This document shows, piece after piece, positions 1-9,618 of a DNA stretch of 64,000 nucleotides; position 1 is the first letter of the stretch; every line of letters starts with the position of its first letter. The translations under genes were made by a program, and so were the position numbers. The stretch is from positions 279,981 through 343,980 of the forward strand of contig JBMNLZ010000001.1 in the NCBI GenBank assembly GCA_050953065.1, in the 5' to 3' direction. Source of the DNA: Bacilli bacterium. Lineage in GTDB: Bacteria; Bacillota_I; Bacilli_A; ML615J-28; CAG-698. The notes below the pieces were generated by a model that saw only the letters and a program-made list of their open reading frames with translations, was not told where the DNA came from and made no database searches.

Positions 1-695
1 GTAGAAACTATTTTTTCTTTTGATTTAGACATGCGATATAAAGTCGCAAAATTATCTTTATCCTTTATATCTTGGATTCTAAAACCTCCATCAATATTTA
101 ATTTTAATAAAAAATTTTCTACTACATAGTCACAAAAGTATGTTTGAGTAATTTTTTCAACAACGCATGCAAGTAGTCCGCAACCAAAATTTGAATATAT
201 AAACCTTTCACCAGGTCTAACATCAGAATATGTTGAATCAATCCAATAAGGTCCATCATTTTTAATTAATAAATCTTTTAAAGTTGCAGGTTGATTAGTC
301 CCATTAACTCCATTATAGCCCCTTTTAATATGATCATTTTTTGGGTCTTCATCATCAAAACCATCAGTAATACTTGAAGTTTGAGTCATCAAATGCTTAA
401 TAGTGATTTTATCATTTGGAAATTTTGGATTTCTAATTTTAAATCCAAAAATATCTGAAATATCATCATCAATAGATATTAAGCCTTTTTCAACTAGTTG
501 CATCACACAAATTGCAACTATTATTTTTGAAATTGATGCAATTCTAGCTTTTGTATACTTATTTATTTTTTCTTTAGTTTCAATGTCTCTTACTCCAAAT
601 GATAAGTCTTCTAAAATCTTTTTATCATTAAGGACAAGCATTTGAGCACCAATCAAACTACTCTCAACACAAATTTTTTTAAATTCTTTTTTCAT
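1..695 (-). CDS. Serine hydrolase, beta-lactamase/PBP-like family (3' end beyond window)
   Basis: Manual translation from ATG at 695: MKKEFKKICVESSLIGAQMLV...RIASISK (SxxK)...HLMTQTSS...PGERFIYSNFG (YxN). Open to the window edge and absent from the ORF track. Confidence 0.85.
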   Translation of the reverse strand, partial: MKKEFKKICVESSLIGAQMLVLNDKKILEDLSFGVRDIETKEKINKYTKARIASISKIIVAICVMQLVEKGLISIDDDISDIFGFKIRNPKFPNDKITIKHLMTQTSSITDGFDDEDPKNDHIKRGYNGVNGTNQPATLKDLLIKNDGPYWIDSTYSDVRPGERFIYSNFGCGLLACVVEKITQTYFCDYVVENFLLKLNIDGGFRIQDIKDKDNFATLYRMSKSKEKIVS

Positions 696-807
696 GTATA
701 ACTCCACATTGTTTACATTATACCATAATATTATCTAAAAAACTATTTTTTAATTCCATTTTTTAACTAAAAATGTTATACTATTTTTATGTAAAGGATA
801 AGAAAAT

Positions 808-1647
808 ATGAGAAAAATTGATAAATCTTTATTAATCTCTGAAATTAAAAAACTAATATTTGAATGCGCTTTTAATATCAATCCTAAAATTATTGCTTCT
901 CTTGAAAAATCCAAAGAAGAAGAAATTTCTCCTCTAGGTAAAAGTACATTATCAAAAATCATAGAAAACGATATCTTAGCAAGAAAAAAAACTATTCCAA
1001 TCTGTCAAGATACAGGTGTAACGGTTGTATTTTTAGAAATTGGAATGGGCATCTGTTTTGATTATGATTTAACTGAAACAATTAACCAAGCCGTAAAAGA
1101 AGCTTACGAAGAATTTTATCTAAGGAAATCTATCGTTAAACATCCTTTAGATAGAATTAACACCCTTACTAATACTCCTTGTATAATTCATACAAAAATA
1201 GTTAACTCAAAAAATTTGAAAATAACTCTTACTATTAAAGGTGCTGGTAGCGAAAATATGAGCAAGTTAAAAATGCTTAGCCCTGCTGATGGAGATATCG
1301 GAGTTGTAAACTTTGTTTTAGAAACAATTGAAGCCAGTGGTGGTAATGCATGCCCCCCAATGATTGTAGGTGTAGGATTAGGTGGTAATTTTGAACAAGC
1401 CGCACTACTTTCTAAAGAAGCCTTACTAAGAGATATTGATGATGAATCATCAAACCCAATTGATAATAATTTAGAAAAGAAAATATTTGAAAAAGCAAAC
1501 AAATTAGGTATTGGCCCAATGGGACTAGGTGGTAAAAGTACAGTATTAGCAGTAAAGATAAACTCTTTCCCATGTCATATCGCCTCACTACCAGTAGCTG
1601 TAAATATCCAATGTCATGCTTCTAGAACAAAATCAATTATACTATAA
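808..1647 (+). CDS. Fe-S fumarate hydratase / tartrate dehydratase, alpha subunit
   Basis: PICQDTG, KGAGSEN, NACPP, CHIASLPVAVNIQCH motifs. Confidence 0.92.
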   Translation: MRKIDKSLLISEIKKLIFECAFNINPKIIASLEKSKEEEISPLGKSTLSKIIENDILARKKTIPICQDTGVTVVFLEIGMGICFDYDLTETINQAVKEAYEEFYLRKSIVKHPLDRINTLTNTPCIIHTKIVNSKNLKITLTIKGAGSENMSKLKMLSPADGDIGVVNFVLETIEASGGNACPPMIVGVGLGGNFEQAALLSKEALLRDIDDESSNPIDNNLEKKIFEKANKLGIGPMGLGGKSTVLAVKINSFPCHIASLPVAVNIQCHASRTKSIIL

Positions 1648-1656
1648 GGTGATAAA

Positions 1657-2208
1657 ATGAAAATAACATCTCCTCTAAAAGATTCAAAGTATTTAGATTT
1701 AAAGATAGGCGATGAAGTGCTTATCAGCGGAATTATTTATACTGCTCGTGATGCTGCACACAAAAGATTACTCGATGATATTAATAAAAATAAATCTCTT
1801 CCCTTTTCATTAAAAGACAATATTATCTATTATACTGGTCCAACACCAACTCCGCCTAACAGACCAATTGGTTCTGCAGGTCCTACTTCTAGTTATCGTA
1901 TGGATTCTTATTCTATAAAACTAATGGAACTTGGGCAAAAAATAATGATCGGAAAAGGTCAAAGATCCAAAGAATTTAAAAAAGCATTACAAGAACATAA
2001 CGCCGTTTACTTAACAACAATTGGTGGAGCAGGAGCTTTAATTTCTAATTGTATTAAATCAAGTAAAATTATTGCTTATGATGATTTACAATCAGAAGCA
2101 ATTTATGAATTACATGTAGAAAACCTTCCAGCAATAGTTGTTTATGATTCAAACGGTAATGATTTAATTGAACAAGAAATAAAAAAATATAAAAACCTTC
2201 TTAAATGA
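1657..2208 (+). CDS. Fe-S fumarate hydratase / tartrate dehydratase, beta subunit
   Basis: TARDAAHKR, GPTSSYRM, IGKG motifs; follows the alpha subunit gene. Confidence 0.92.
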   Translation: MKITSPLKDSKYLDLKIGDEVLISGIIYTARDAAHKRLLDDINKNKSLPFSLKDNIIYYTGPTPTPPNRPIGSAGPTSSYRMDSYSIKLMELGQKIMIGKGQRSKEFKKALQEHNAVYLTTIGGAGALISNCIKSSKIIAYDDLQSEAIYELHVENLPAIVVYDSNGNDLIEQEIKKYKNLLK

Positions 2209-2212
2209 AGGT

Positions 2213-2974
2213 TTATTTTTTTGTTTTAAAAATATATTCTCTTTCAAACCAAGATATTTTATCCGTAATATTACTATTTTTTTTATTAGATTCAATAATT
2301 ATTTTACCAAAGTTATTTGTTTCTAACATTCTTTTTCTAATTAACGTATTCTTAACCTCATCAGCCATTACCTTACTACTAGAATATACTTTAGCCTTTG
2401 GAAAAATTTCTTGTACAAAGTCTTTTAATAATTCAAAATGTGTACACCCTAATATAACAGCTTTAATATCTTCCTTTTGAAATTTACTTAGTTTATCAAA
2501 AACTAATGTTTTTGCTTCTTGAGTGCTATATAAGTTTTCTTCAACTATTTTAACAAATTCTGGAACACCTATTGAAAAAACATTGTAATCTTTTAAATAA
2601 TTTTGATACGACTTAGAATTAACAGTTACATTAGTAGCAACTAATAAAACATTACTGTTTTTTGGAAGCTCATAAACTTGTTTTGCAGTCGTTTCAATCA
2701 CCCCAATTATTGGAATATCTAACTTTATATGATCACTATTTGCAGTTGCTGTATTACATGCAATCACAATCATTTTTGAATTTTTTTCATATAAATAATT
2801 ACAATTTTTACTAACAATTTCTCTTACTTCTTCTTTTGTTTTTTCTCCATATGGCGAATTCTGTTCATCAGCAACATATAAAAACTCCTCGTTTGGTAGA
2901 GCTTTTACCAATTCATTTAACACTACTATCCCACCAACTCCAGAATCAAAGACACCAATTACTTTTTTGTTCAT
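2213..2974 (-). CDS. murI: Glutamate racemase
   Basis: IGVFDSGVGG, PYG, IACNTA and LGCTHF catalytic Cys motifs. Start set at MNKKVIG (ATG 2974, AAGGTG upstream). Confidence 0.93.
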   Translation of the reverse strand: MNKKVIGVFDSGVGGIVVLNELVKALPNEEFLYVADEQNSPYGEKTKEEVREIVSKNCNYLYEKNSKMIVIACNTATANSDHIKLDIPIIGVIETTAKQVYELPKNSNVLLVATNVTVNSKSYQNYLKDYNVFSIGVPEFVKIVEENLYSTQEAKTLVFDKLSKFQKEDIKAVILGCTHFELLKDFVQEIFPKAKVYSSSKVMADEVKNTLIRKRMLETNNFGKIIIESNKKNSNITDKISWFEREYIFKTKK

Positions 2975-3068
2975 AAAACACCTTTTTCTTTTATAAATTA
3001 TAACACTTGTCTCTATTAAGTGCAACTTAAAAATATATTGTTTTTCCCTTTTTTTCGTTACAGTTTGT

Positions 3069-3097
3069 TTGACATATATTTTCATTTATATTATAAT
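3069..3097 (+). promoter_or_regulatory. Consensus sigma-A promoter
   Basis: TTGACA-17 nt-TATAAT upstream of the membrane/zinc-ribbon gene. Confidence 0.8.
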
Positions 3098-3119
3098 TAA
3101 TGTATAAGGGGTGGCTAAA

Positions 3120-4658
3120 ATGGTGATACGAAGTTTCTTTAGAATATTAATAGCAATTTTAGCATTGATGGCTATTGCTGTCTTAGTTTTTATGCCTATA
3201 ATGACATCATCTACAGATTTAAATACTATACTTATTGATGATAATTTGTCTTTAATGAACCTTTTTAATTCACTAAAAGAGGTTTTTGCTAATGATAGCC
3301 AAAACTTTTTAAGTACTGTTTGGAACTATAGTTTAGTAATTATGTATATCTTAATACCTCCTTTTATACTTTTTACAATCTTCATAAGCGCTTTAAAAGG
3401 AGTTAGAAGAAAAAGAAAAAGAGCAAAAGTTATTGGAAAATCTTTCGTCTTACTTTATTGGATAATGATTGTCTACATCCTAAGAATGACAATTGATCCA
3501 AGAACTTTTAATGTAAACTTTGGGCCACTAATTTATTTCATGACAATCTTTTTGAAAAGTGACATTGACCAAACTGTAATAATCTTACTTCTTGGTTCAA
3601 TGGGCTTATTTATATTCTTTGAACTTTTTGCAAGAGCTTTAAATAGCAGAATAGCATACGCTGCTAGTATGAAAAGTATTGAAAAGAAAAAAGCTGAAAA
3701 AACAGTTAACTTAACACCAAATAGTGATTTAGCATTTTCTGGCAATCTTAACCCCTCTTTCAACCAGCAAAATATTGATACTTTAATCAACCCTAGTAAT
3801 ACTATTATATATAATAATCATCTAAAAGATGAAGACTCTCAAAGTATAGATGAGCCTTTAGCAAAACAAAATACTGTACCTCTACAAAATAGAGTTATAT
3901 ATCAACAAGAATCACCTAAATGGTCTGAATTACCATCATTTAACCAACAAAAAGATACTCAATCTGATACATATCCTAGTGATTCTACAAAAGATGAAAA
4001 ATATAGTGGATATTCTAATCAAAAAGAAAGCGGGCAACAACCATCTTCTTATGAACAATCTGGTCAAGCTGCAAGTTATAAAGAACCTTATGCAAAACAA
4101 CCTAGTTATGATCAACAATCTCAAACTAATTATAATCAACCAAGAGATATAAACAGTAATTACGGAGCTTATAATTCGCCATCAGGTAATTATAATCAAC
4201 CATATAATAGGCCTAATCAGCAATATTACGGACAACAATCTAATAACCCTTATTATAATCAACCATATAATAGGCCTAATCAGCAATATTACGGACAACA
4301 ATCTAATAACCCTTATTATAATCAACCATATAATAGGCCTAATCAACAATATTACGGGCAAAATCCATACTATTATCAAAATCAAAATTATCCAAAAACT
4401 CCATATGAACAAGCACAAGCTCAAGCTGCTAGCAACTATAACAATCCAGCACCATCTGAGCCAGGAATGGATGTAAAGCCAAATCCTACAGTACAAACAA
4501 ATACAGTAAACTGCCCTGATTGTGGCACTATTGTTATAAAGGGTCAAAAATTCTGTAGCAACTGCGGAAAATCAATGAAACAAACTTGTCCACAATGTTC
4601 AACTGAAGTTACATCTAATAGCAAGTTTTGTAGCAATTGTGGTTTTAGGTTAAATTAA
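3120..4658 (+). CDS. Membrane protein (about 4 TM) with long Q/N/Y/P low-complexity region and C-terminal double zinc ribbon
   Basis: Hydrophobic N-terminus; CPDCG..FCSNCG..CPQCS..FCSNCG at the C-terminus; GGGGTG SD favours ATG 3120. Confidence 0.8.
   Translation: MVIRSFFRILIAILALMAIAVLVFMPIMTSSTDLNTILIDDNLSLMNLFNSLKEVFANDSQNFLSTVWNYSLVIMYILIPPFILFTIFISALKGVRRKRKRAKVIGKSFVLLYWIMIVYILRMTIDPRTFNVNFGPLIYFMTIFLKSDIDQTVIILLLGSMGLFIFFELFARALNSRIAYAASMKSIEKKKAEKTVNLTPNSDLAFSGNLNPSFNQQNIDTLINPSNTIIYNNHLKDEDSQSIDEPLAKQNTVPLQNRVIYQQESPKWSELPSFNQQKDTQSDTYPSDSTKDEKYSGYSNQKESGQQPSSYEQSGQAASYKEPYAKQPSYDQQSQTNYNQPRDINSNYGAYNSPSGNYNQPYNRPNQQYYGQQSNNPYYNQPYNRPNQQYYGQQSNNPYYNQPYNRPNQQYYGQNPYYYQNQNYPKTPYEQAQAQAASNYNNPAPSEPGMDVKPNPTVQTNTVNCPDCGTIVIKGQKFCSNCGKSMKQTCPQCSTEVTSNSKFCSNCGFRLN
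4191..4357 (+). repeat. 63-bp tandem repeat, about 2.7 near-identical copies (YNQPYNRPNQQYYGQQSNNPY)
   Basis: tataatcaaccatataataggcctaatca recurs at 4191, 4254 and 4317. Confidence 0.9.
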
Positions 4659-4669
4659 TATTTTAAACA

Positions 4670-4708
4670 AAAATAAAAAACATTTCAAATGAAATGTTTT
4701 TTTATTTA
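4670..4708. terminator. Bidirectional intrinsic terminator
   Basis: aaaaaacatttc-aaat-gaaatgttttttt between convergent genes. Confidence 0.75.
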
Positions 4709-5155
4709 TTTTTTTAACCTTTTTAAGAAGAACAATAAAACCCTTCTACAAAAGAAAAGTCTTCTCCATAATTTCTCTTTAAATTTATATTTTTTATTAG
4801 AATCTACAATAATAGTTTCGTCCTTTTTAATAATTTCTGTAACATAGCCTAAAATTTCTTCTTCAAAAACTTTTTCTTTTACTAATAAAGCATCACCACT
4901 AACCACATAATGATGCTTTTTCTTTTTCATTATCCTATGAATTATAAAATTATTCTTTTTATATAAAATAATATCTCCAGCTTTGAGAAAGTTATTTTTC
5001 TTTTCAATAACAATTTGATCTTTTCCATCTAACAAAAACGGAAACATGCTACTTCCTGATACAGTTATTATAATCTTATTATTGTTATTTAATGCTTCAA
5101 TCATAATTTCTGAAATATCAGTAATTTTAACTTTCTTTATATTATTATCTTTCAT
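4706..5155 (-). CDS. S24/S26 family peptidase (Ser-His type, no membrane anchor)
   Basis: VSGSSMFPFL, GDIILY, IIHRI, GD motifs. Confidence 0.85.
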   Translation of the reverse strand: MKDNNIKKVKITDISEIMIEALNNNNKIIITVSGSSMFPFLLDGKDQIVIEKKNNFLKAGDIILYKKNNFIIHRIMKKKKHHYVVSGDALLVKEKVFEEEILGYVTEIIKKDETIIVDSNKKYKFKEKLWRRLFFCRRVLLFFLKRLKK

Positions 5156-5157
5156 AA

Positions 5158-5421
5158 TTATTCTAGAAAATTATTTTCCTTTAAAATTTTTATAAATTCT
5201 TTAACATCATTTGCTGCTTCTTCTTTAGAAATTTCATACTCATCACATAATATTTTTACTAAATCTTCCTCGCTTTTTTCTTCGTTTAATGATTCCCAAA
5301 GAATTTTTGCAGACTCATTTAAAGAAATCATGCCATTAAAGTTAACAGCAGCATCTTTAATTGGTATTACAACATACTCACCTACAACTTCTCTTAAAAC
5401 AAAATCTTTTTTTATTTTCAT
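5158..5421 (-). CDS. PqqD family protein (RiPP recognition element)
   Basis: FVLREVVGEYVVIP, LNESAKILW, EYEIS..A..DV..F...L pattern; 87 aa. Confidence 0.9.
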   Translation of the reverse strand: MKIKKDFVLREVVGEYVVIPIKDAAVNFNGMISLNESAKILWESLNEEKSEEDLVKILCDEYEISKEEAANDVKEFIKILKENNFLE

Positions 5422-6272
5422 ATTTTTTCTCCAAATATTTTATTGTATACTAATTTAACAGCCTCTCTTGAAATATTGCATTCCAAACGATAAAATTTGA
5501 CTATTTTAGCAAGTCTATTAATCTTATCAATAATCATGTCATTTTTATTTATATCATCACTTTTTATAAAATTATTAAATATATTTTTCAACATTTCTTT
5601 TGAACTTAAATCAAAAATCATATTATGCTTAGCTTGTTCTAAGAAAACAATTGCTTTTAATGGAACTTTTAAATCAGCATTTAAATTGGTTTTACCACTC
5701 CAAGGCGAGCCAATTACATATGCCCTTTCTCCAACAACTTCTATTATAGGTTTATCATCATTAATGATAGTAACTCTATCATCAAATTCCATTTTCCAAA
5801 GATTAGAATGTGTTGATTTTCCAGTACCCGAAGGTGCAGAAAAGATTATTCCAAAATTATCAAAAGCAATAGCAGAGCCATGAACAACTATTAAGTTATT
5901 ATCTAATAAAAATTCATTAACTAACATTGAAATCAAATTATATTCTTTTATTTCTAAATCAGCAAGATCTTTTTTGAAATAAGCTCTCACATCTTTATCA
6001 TTATAAAAATACTCAATCTTTAAAATAGTTTGATTATTTTTATCTTTAAACACTAATATTTTATCACAAATATCTGTTTTACATAAAATTCTATCATTAA
6101 ACTCTTTATAAACTTCAAAATCTTTCAACTGTATCTCATCCACATATAAAGTAGAAATTTTATAATGAGCTTTTAAATCATCCAAAACTTGATATTTAGT
6201 AAGTCTTTCATTTAATATTTTTGACTCTACATTTAAATCAAAAATAATATTCGCTATTTTAATTTTTACCAT
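5418..6272 (-). CDS. HPr kinase-like P-loop protein (ScmC / lasso-kinase-like)
   Basis: HGSAI, APSGTGKST, NDD, SPWSGK motifs. Confidence 0.8.
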   Translation of the reverse strand: MVKIKIANIIFDLNVESKILNERLTKYQVLDDLKAHYKISTLYVDEIQLKDFEVYKEFNDRILCKTDICDKILVFKDKNNQTILKIEYFYNDKDVRAYFKKDLADLEIKEYNLISMLVNEFLLDNNLIVVHGSAIAFDNFGIIFSAPSGTGKSTHSNLWKMEFDDRVTIINDDKPIIEVVGERAYVIGSPWSGKTNLNADLKVPLKAIVFLEQAKHNMIFDLSSKEMLKNIFNNFIKSDDINKNDMIIDKINRLAKIVKFYRLECNISREAVKLVYNKIFGEKI

Positions 6273-7281
6273 TTTTATTAATAAACCTCATTCGTGCACA
6301 TTCACGCAAGTAATCACTACATTTTTCTATATTACCTTCAGAATATAATTTAGCTGGACAAACATAACAAAAATCATTAAGTTCACATTCTTTACAATCA
6401 TTACATTTTTTTGATTGTGAAACTGTTTCTTTTAGTTGTAACCAAGCAAATTCAAAATTATTCTTTAAAATATCAATTCTTGGAAAATCGAATAAACTAC
6501 AAATAGACATTTTCCCTTCCCAGTTCACAAAAAAAGCACTTTTACCAGCAGAACAATTAAAACCATTAACTGTATCAACAAAAGCTTTTTCATAAAAAAT
6601 ATTTGCTTTTTCTTCAAACTTTTTTTGATATTTAAACAATTGTTCAGCAGATAATCGCTCTACTTCTTTTAAATTAGTACATGTTCTTCTAGGAGCTACA
6701 TATAAAGAATTTTCTATTGGCAAATTCAAACTTAACATTAAGTTTAATAAATCATCTAAATTTTCGAAAGTTTCATAAATAGGAATAGTTCTTAAAACAA
6801 TATTAAGATTAGCCAGTTTAAGTTTTTCTATATTCGCTATTACTCTGGAAAAGCCTTCTTTATAACCACATATTTTTTCATACATCTTTTCATTATAACC
6901 ATATATAGTTATTGCAATGTATTCTGGAGGTCTTTTTTTTAATCTTTCTATTATGTTATTTGTTAGTAAAGTACCATTAGTATATAAAACAATCTTAATC
7001 CCTAAGTCATACACCTTTTCATATAAATCCATAAAATCTTTTCTTAAAAAAATTTCACCACCAGTAAAAACAACAAAAAGCATACCTAAAGATTTAGCCT
7101 GATTTATAATATTATACCAGTCATCATTACTTAACTCTTTAGTTTTATTAAGTGTATGAACATAACACATTTTGCAATTCATATTGCAATTAGCGGTTAT
7201 TTCAAATTCACCAGCAATAGGAATTTTTTTTACAGCAGCTTTATTAAGAAGATTAATTTTATACTCGTTATAATAATTCAC
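6259..7281 (-). CDS. Radical SAM protein with SPASM domain
   Basis: CNMNCKMC, TGGE, TNG, C-terminal CSAG...C...CKECELNDFCYVCP. Start probably GTG 7281 (GAGGT SD); the ORF track starts at ATG 7293. Confidence 0.92.
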   Translation of the reverse strand: MNYYNEYKINLLNKAAVKKIPIAGEFEITANCNMNCKMCYVHTLNKTKELSNDDWYNIINQAKSLGMLFVVFTGGEIFLRKDFMDLYEKVYDLGIKIVLYTNGTLLTNNIIERLKKRPPEYIAITIYGYNEKMYEKICGYKEGFSRVIANIEKLKLANLNIVLRTIPIYETFENLDDLLNLMLSLNLPIENSLYVAPRRTCTNLKEVERLSAEQLFKYQKKFEEKANIFYEKAFVDTVNGFNCSAGKSAFFVNWEGKMSICSLFDFPRIDILKNNFEFAWLQLKETVSQSKKCNDCKECELNDFCYVCPAKLYSEGNIEKCSDYLRECARMRFINKNGKN

Positions 7282-7406
7282 TTTATACCTCATCCATATA
7301 GATATATATTACCACAATATTATTAGTTTGTCAGTTATTTTTAAAATATATTGATTTATAAGGTCTTTTTAGTTAAAATATATATGTTATAAGAATAGGA
7401 GATTTT

Positions 7407-8570
7407 ATGAAAGTACTAGGCCTAATAATGGAAATTAATCCTCTTCATAATGGTCATATATATTTTATAAACCAAGCTAAAGCATTAACTAATCCTGATT
7501 TTACAATAGTTGTTATGAGTTCTAATTTTACTATGCGTGGTGAAACCATGATTATGAATAAATTTGCACGTACTGAACTCCTATTAGCAAATGGAGCTGA
7601 TTTAGTTTTTGAGTTACCTTTTTTAAGTGCTGTGAATAGTGCTGATCTTTTCGGACTAAATGCTATTAGTATTCTTAAAAATCTTCAAACAACACATATT
7701 GCGTTTGGAGCAGAACTTAGTGACTTAAGTAAATTAAAAACTATTTCAAATCTTTTAAAATCTAAAAAATTTAATTCTGAAATTCAAAACTTTTTAAAAC
7801 TAGGAAACTCCTATGCAAGCAGCGCGCTTAAAACATTAACTTTATTAACTAAAGATAAAGAAATAATTACAAATTTTGCATTACCAAATAACACTCTAGC
7901 AATTCAATATATAAGCGCTGCTGATAAGTTAAACTATCCATTAGATTTTTTTCCTATTAAAAGAATCGGTAATAATTACTACGATAAAAATATTACTAGT
8001 AAAATAGCTAGCGCTACTGCTATTAGAGAACTCATCAAAAATAAAGAACCAATTAATAAATTTGTTCCTAATGATGTTGCAAACTATCCATTTAAAGATT
8101 TTGATTTAATAGAAGATAAATTGTTTCACCTTTTAAAATTTACATTCGTAAATAAAACATGTGAAGAAATTGCAAATATTTATGGAGTTGAAGAGGGACT
8201 TGAAAATAGAATACTATCTGCATTAAAGGAAAGTTCTAATTATTCTTCTTTTATGGAAAAAGTAATAAGTAAAAGATACAGTTATTTTAGGATTCAAAGA
8301 ACTATTCTACATATTTTACTTAATACTCCAAAACAATTACAAAATAAATCTAACTATTATTTAAGAATGCTAGGTTCTAATGATGCTGGCTTAAAATATA
8401 TTAGTTCATTACCTAAAGAGGTTAAAAAAAATATAATTACAAGTTTTAAAAATATACAAAACAATGTAGTAGTTGACTTTGAAATAAAAGCAACTAAACT
8501 TTATGACTTATTAACAAACAGTGAAAATATCATTGAAGAATACAAGATTCCAATTAAGAAAGGAGAATAA
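7407..8570 (+). CDS. tmcAL: tRNA(Met) cytidine acetate ligase (YlbM family)
   Basis: EINPLHNGH, MSSNFTMRGE, PNNTLAIQY, ASATAIR motifs. Confidence 0.85.
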   Translation: MKVLGLIMEINPLHNGHIYFINQAKALTNPDFTIVVMSSNFTMRGETMIMNKFARTELLLANGADLVFELPFLSAVNSADLFGLNAISILKNLQTTHIAFGAELSDLSKLKTISNLLKSKKFNSEIQNFLKLGNSYASSALKTLTLLTKDKEIITNFALPNNTLAIQYISAADKLNYPLDFFPIKRIGNNYYDKNITSKIASATAIRELIKNKEPINKFVPNDVANYPFKDFDLIEDKLFHLLKFTFVNKTCEEIANIYGVEEGLENRILSALKESSNYSSFMEKVISKRYSYFRIQRTILHILLNTPKQLQNKSNYYLRMLGSNDAGLKYISSLPKEVKKNIITSFKNIQNNVVVDFEIKATKLYDLLTNSENIIEEYKIPIKKGE

Positions 8571-8571
8571 A

Positions 8572-9573
8572 ATGTCAATTGATTTAATTAAACAAAAAAT
8601 AGGAGTATTATTAGATGATTCACTTGGTAAGAATTTACTTGAAACAGGTGGAATTAAACATGTAGGTATTGATGAAGAAAAAAGTGTTGTAGTCTTAGTT
8701 GTAGCAATTGGAAAAAAAGACCCAGAACTAGAAAAAAAACTACGTAGAGAAATTGCAAAAATAATAAAAATAGATTTAAAATATACAGGTTTAAAACTAG
8801 AAATTGAAGAATTTAGAAAAATAGATAGTATTACTAAAAGTAAAACTAAATTTATTATCATAGCATCAGGTAAAGGTGGTGTTGGAAAATCTACCGTTAC
8901 TGCCAACATTGCATATGCTTTGGCAAAAAAAGGTAAAAAAGTGGGCATTATTGATGCAGATATTTATGGTTCTAGTATTCCTACATTATTAGATTATAAT
9001 GTAAAAGAAGCTAAAATTGAAGTAAATAACAATAGGAAAATTATTCCATTTATGAAAAACAATATTGAGTTTATTTCAACTGAGTTTTTTGCTGAAGTTG
9101 GTGCTCCTATTTTATGGCGTGGTGCGATGGTTAGTTCTATGATAAATAGTTTATTTTATGATGTTGCTTGGAATAAGGATTTAGATTATATGATTATTGA
9201 TATGCCACCAGGCACAGGTGATGCTACTTTAGACTTAAAAAATATTATCCCACAAAGCAATGTCATAATAGTTACTACACCTCATATCTCTGCTTCTCAT
9301 GTAGCTATAAAAGCGGGCTATGCTGCCAAAGAACTTAAACACACAGTTGTCGGTGTAATTGAAAATATGTCATACTATTTAAATAAATCTACTGGTGAAA
9401 AAGATTATATTTTTGGAAAAGGCAAAGGTGAAGAACTTGCTAAAAAATTAAATGTAAGTTTATTGGCTGAAATTCCAATTAATCTACCTGCCAAAAATAC
9501 TGGATTATATGAAGATAATGAATTTATTGGTCAAATTTTTAATGACATCGCTAATAAAATTATATCTAAATAG
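8572..9573 (+). CDS. mrp: Mrp/NBP35 family ATPase (Fe-S carrier)
   Basis: SGKGGVGKST, DADIYG, WRG, DMPPGTGD, ENMS; AAGGAG SD before ATG 8572. Confidence 0.9.
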   Translation: MSIDLIKQKIGVLLDDSLGKNLLETGGIKHVGIDEEKSVVVLVVAIGKKDPELEKKLRREIAKIIKIDLKYTGLKLEIEEFRKIDSITKSKTKFIIIASGKGGVGKSTVTANIAYALAKKGKKVGIIDADIYGSSIPTLLDYNVKEAKIEVNNNRKIIPFMKNNIEFISTEFFAEVGAPILWRGAMVSSMINSLFYDVAWNKDLDYMIIDMPPGTGDATLDLKNIIPQSNVIIVTTPHISASHVAIKAGYAAKELKHTVVGVIENMSYYLNKSTGEKDYIFGKGKGEELAKKLNVSLLAEIPINLPAKNTGLYEDNEFIGQIFNDIANKIISK

Positions 9574-9574
9574 T

Positions 9575-9617
9575 AAAAAAAGATAAAACCTCATAACGAG
9601 GTTTTATCTTTTTTTTT
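9575..9617. terminator. Bidirectional intrinsic terminator
   Basis: aaaaaagataaaacctc-ataac-gaggttttatctttttt. Confidence 0.85.
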
Positions 9618-9618
9618 A

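Noticed and set aside
403-645. 80-aa plus-strand ORF and similar short antisense ORFs throughout the window
   Set aside because: They lie opposite well-supported genes and show reverse-complement codon bias.
4191-4357. CRISPR-like array
   Set aside because: Contiguous in-frame coding repeat with no unique spacers and no cas genes.
4659-7406. Precursor peptide ORF flanking the radical SAM cassette
   Set aside because: The flanks are 47 nt (terminator) and 113 nt (divergent promoters). The short plus-strand ORFs at 5497 and 6917 are antisense shadows without SD.
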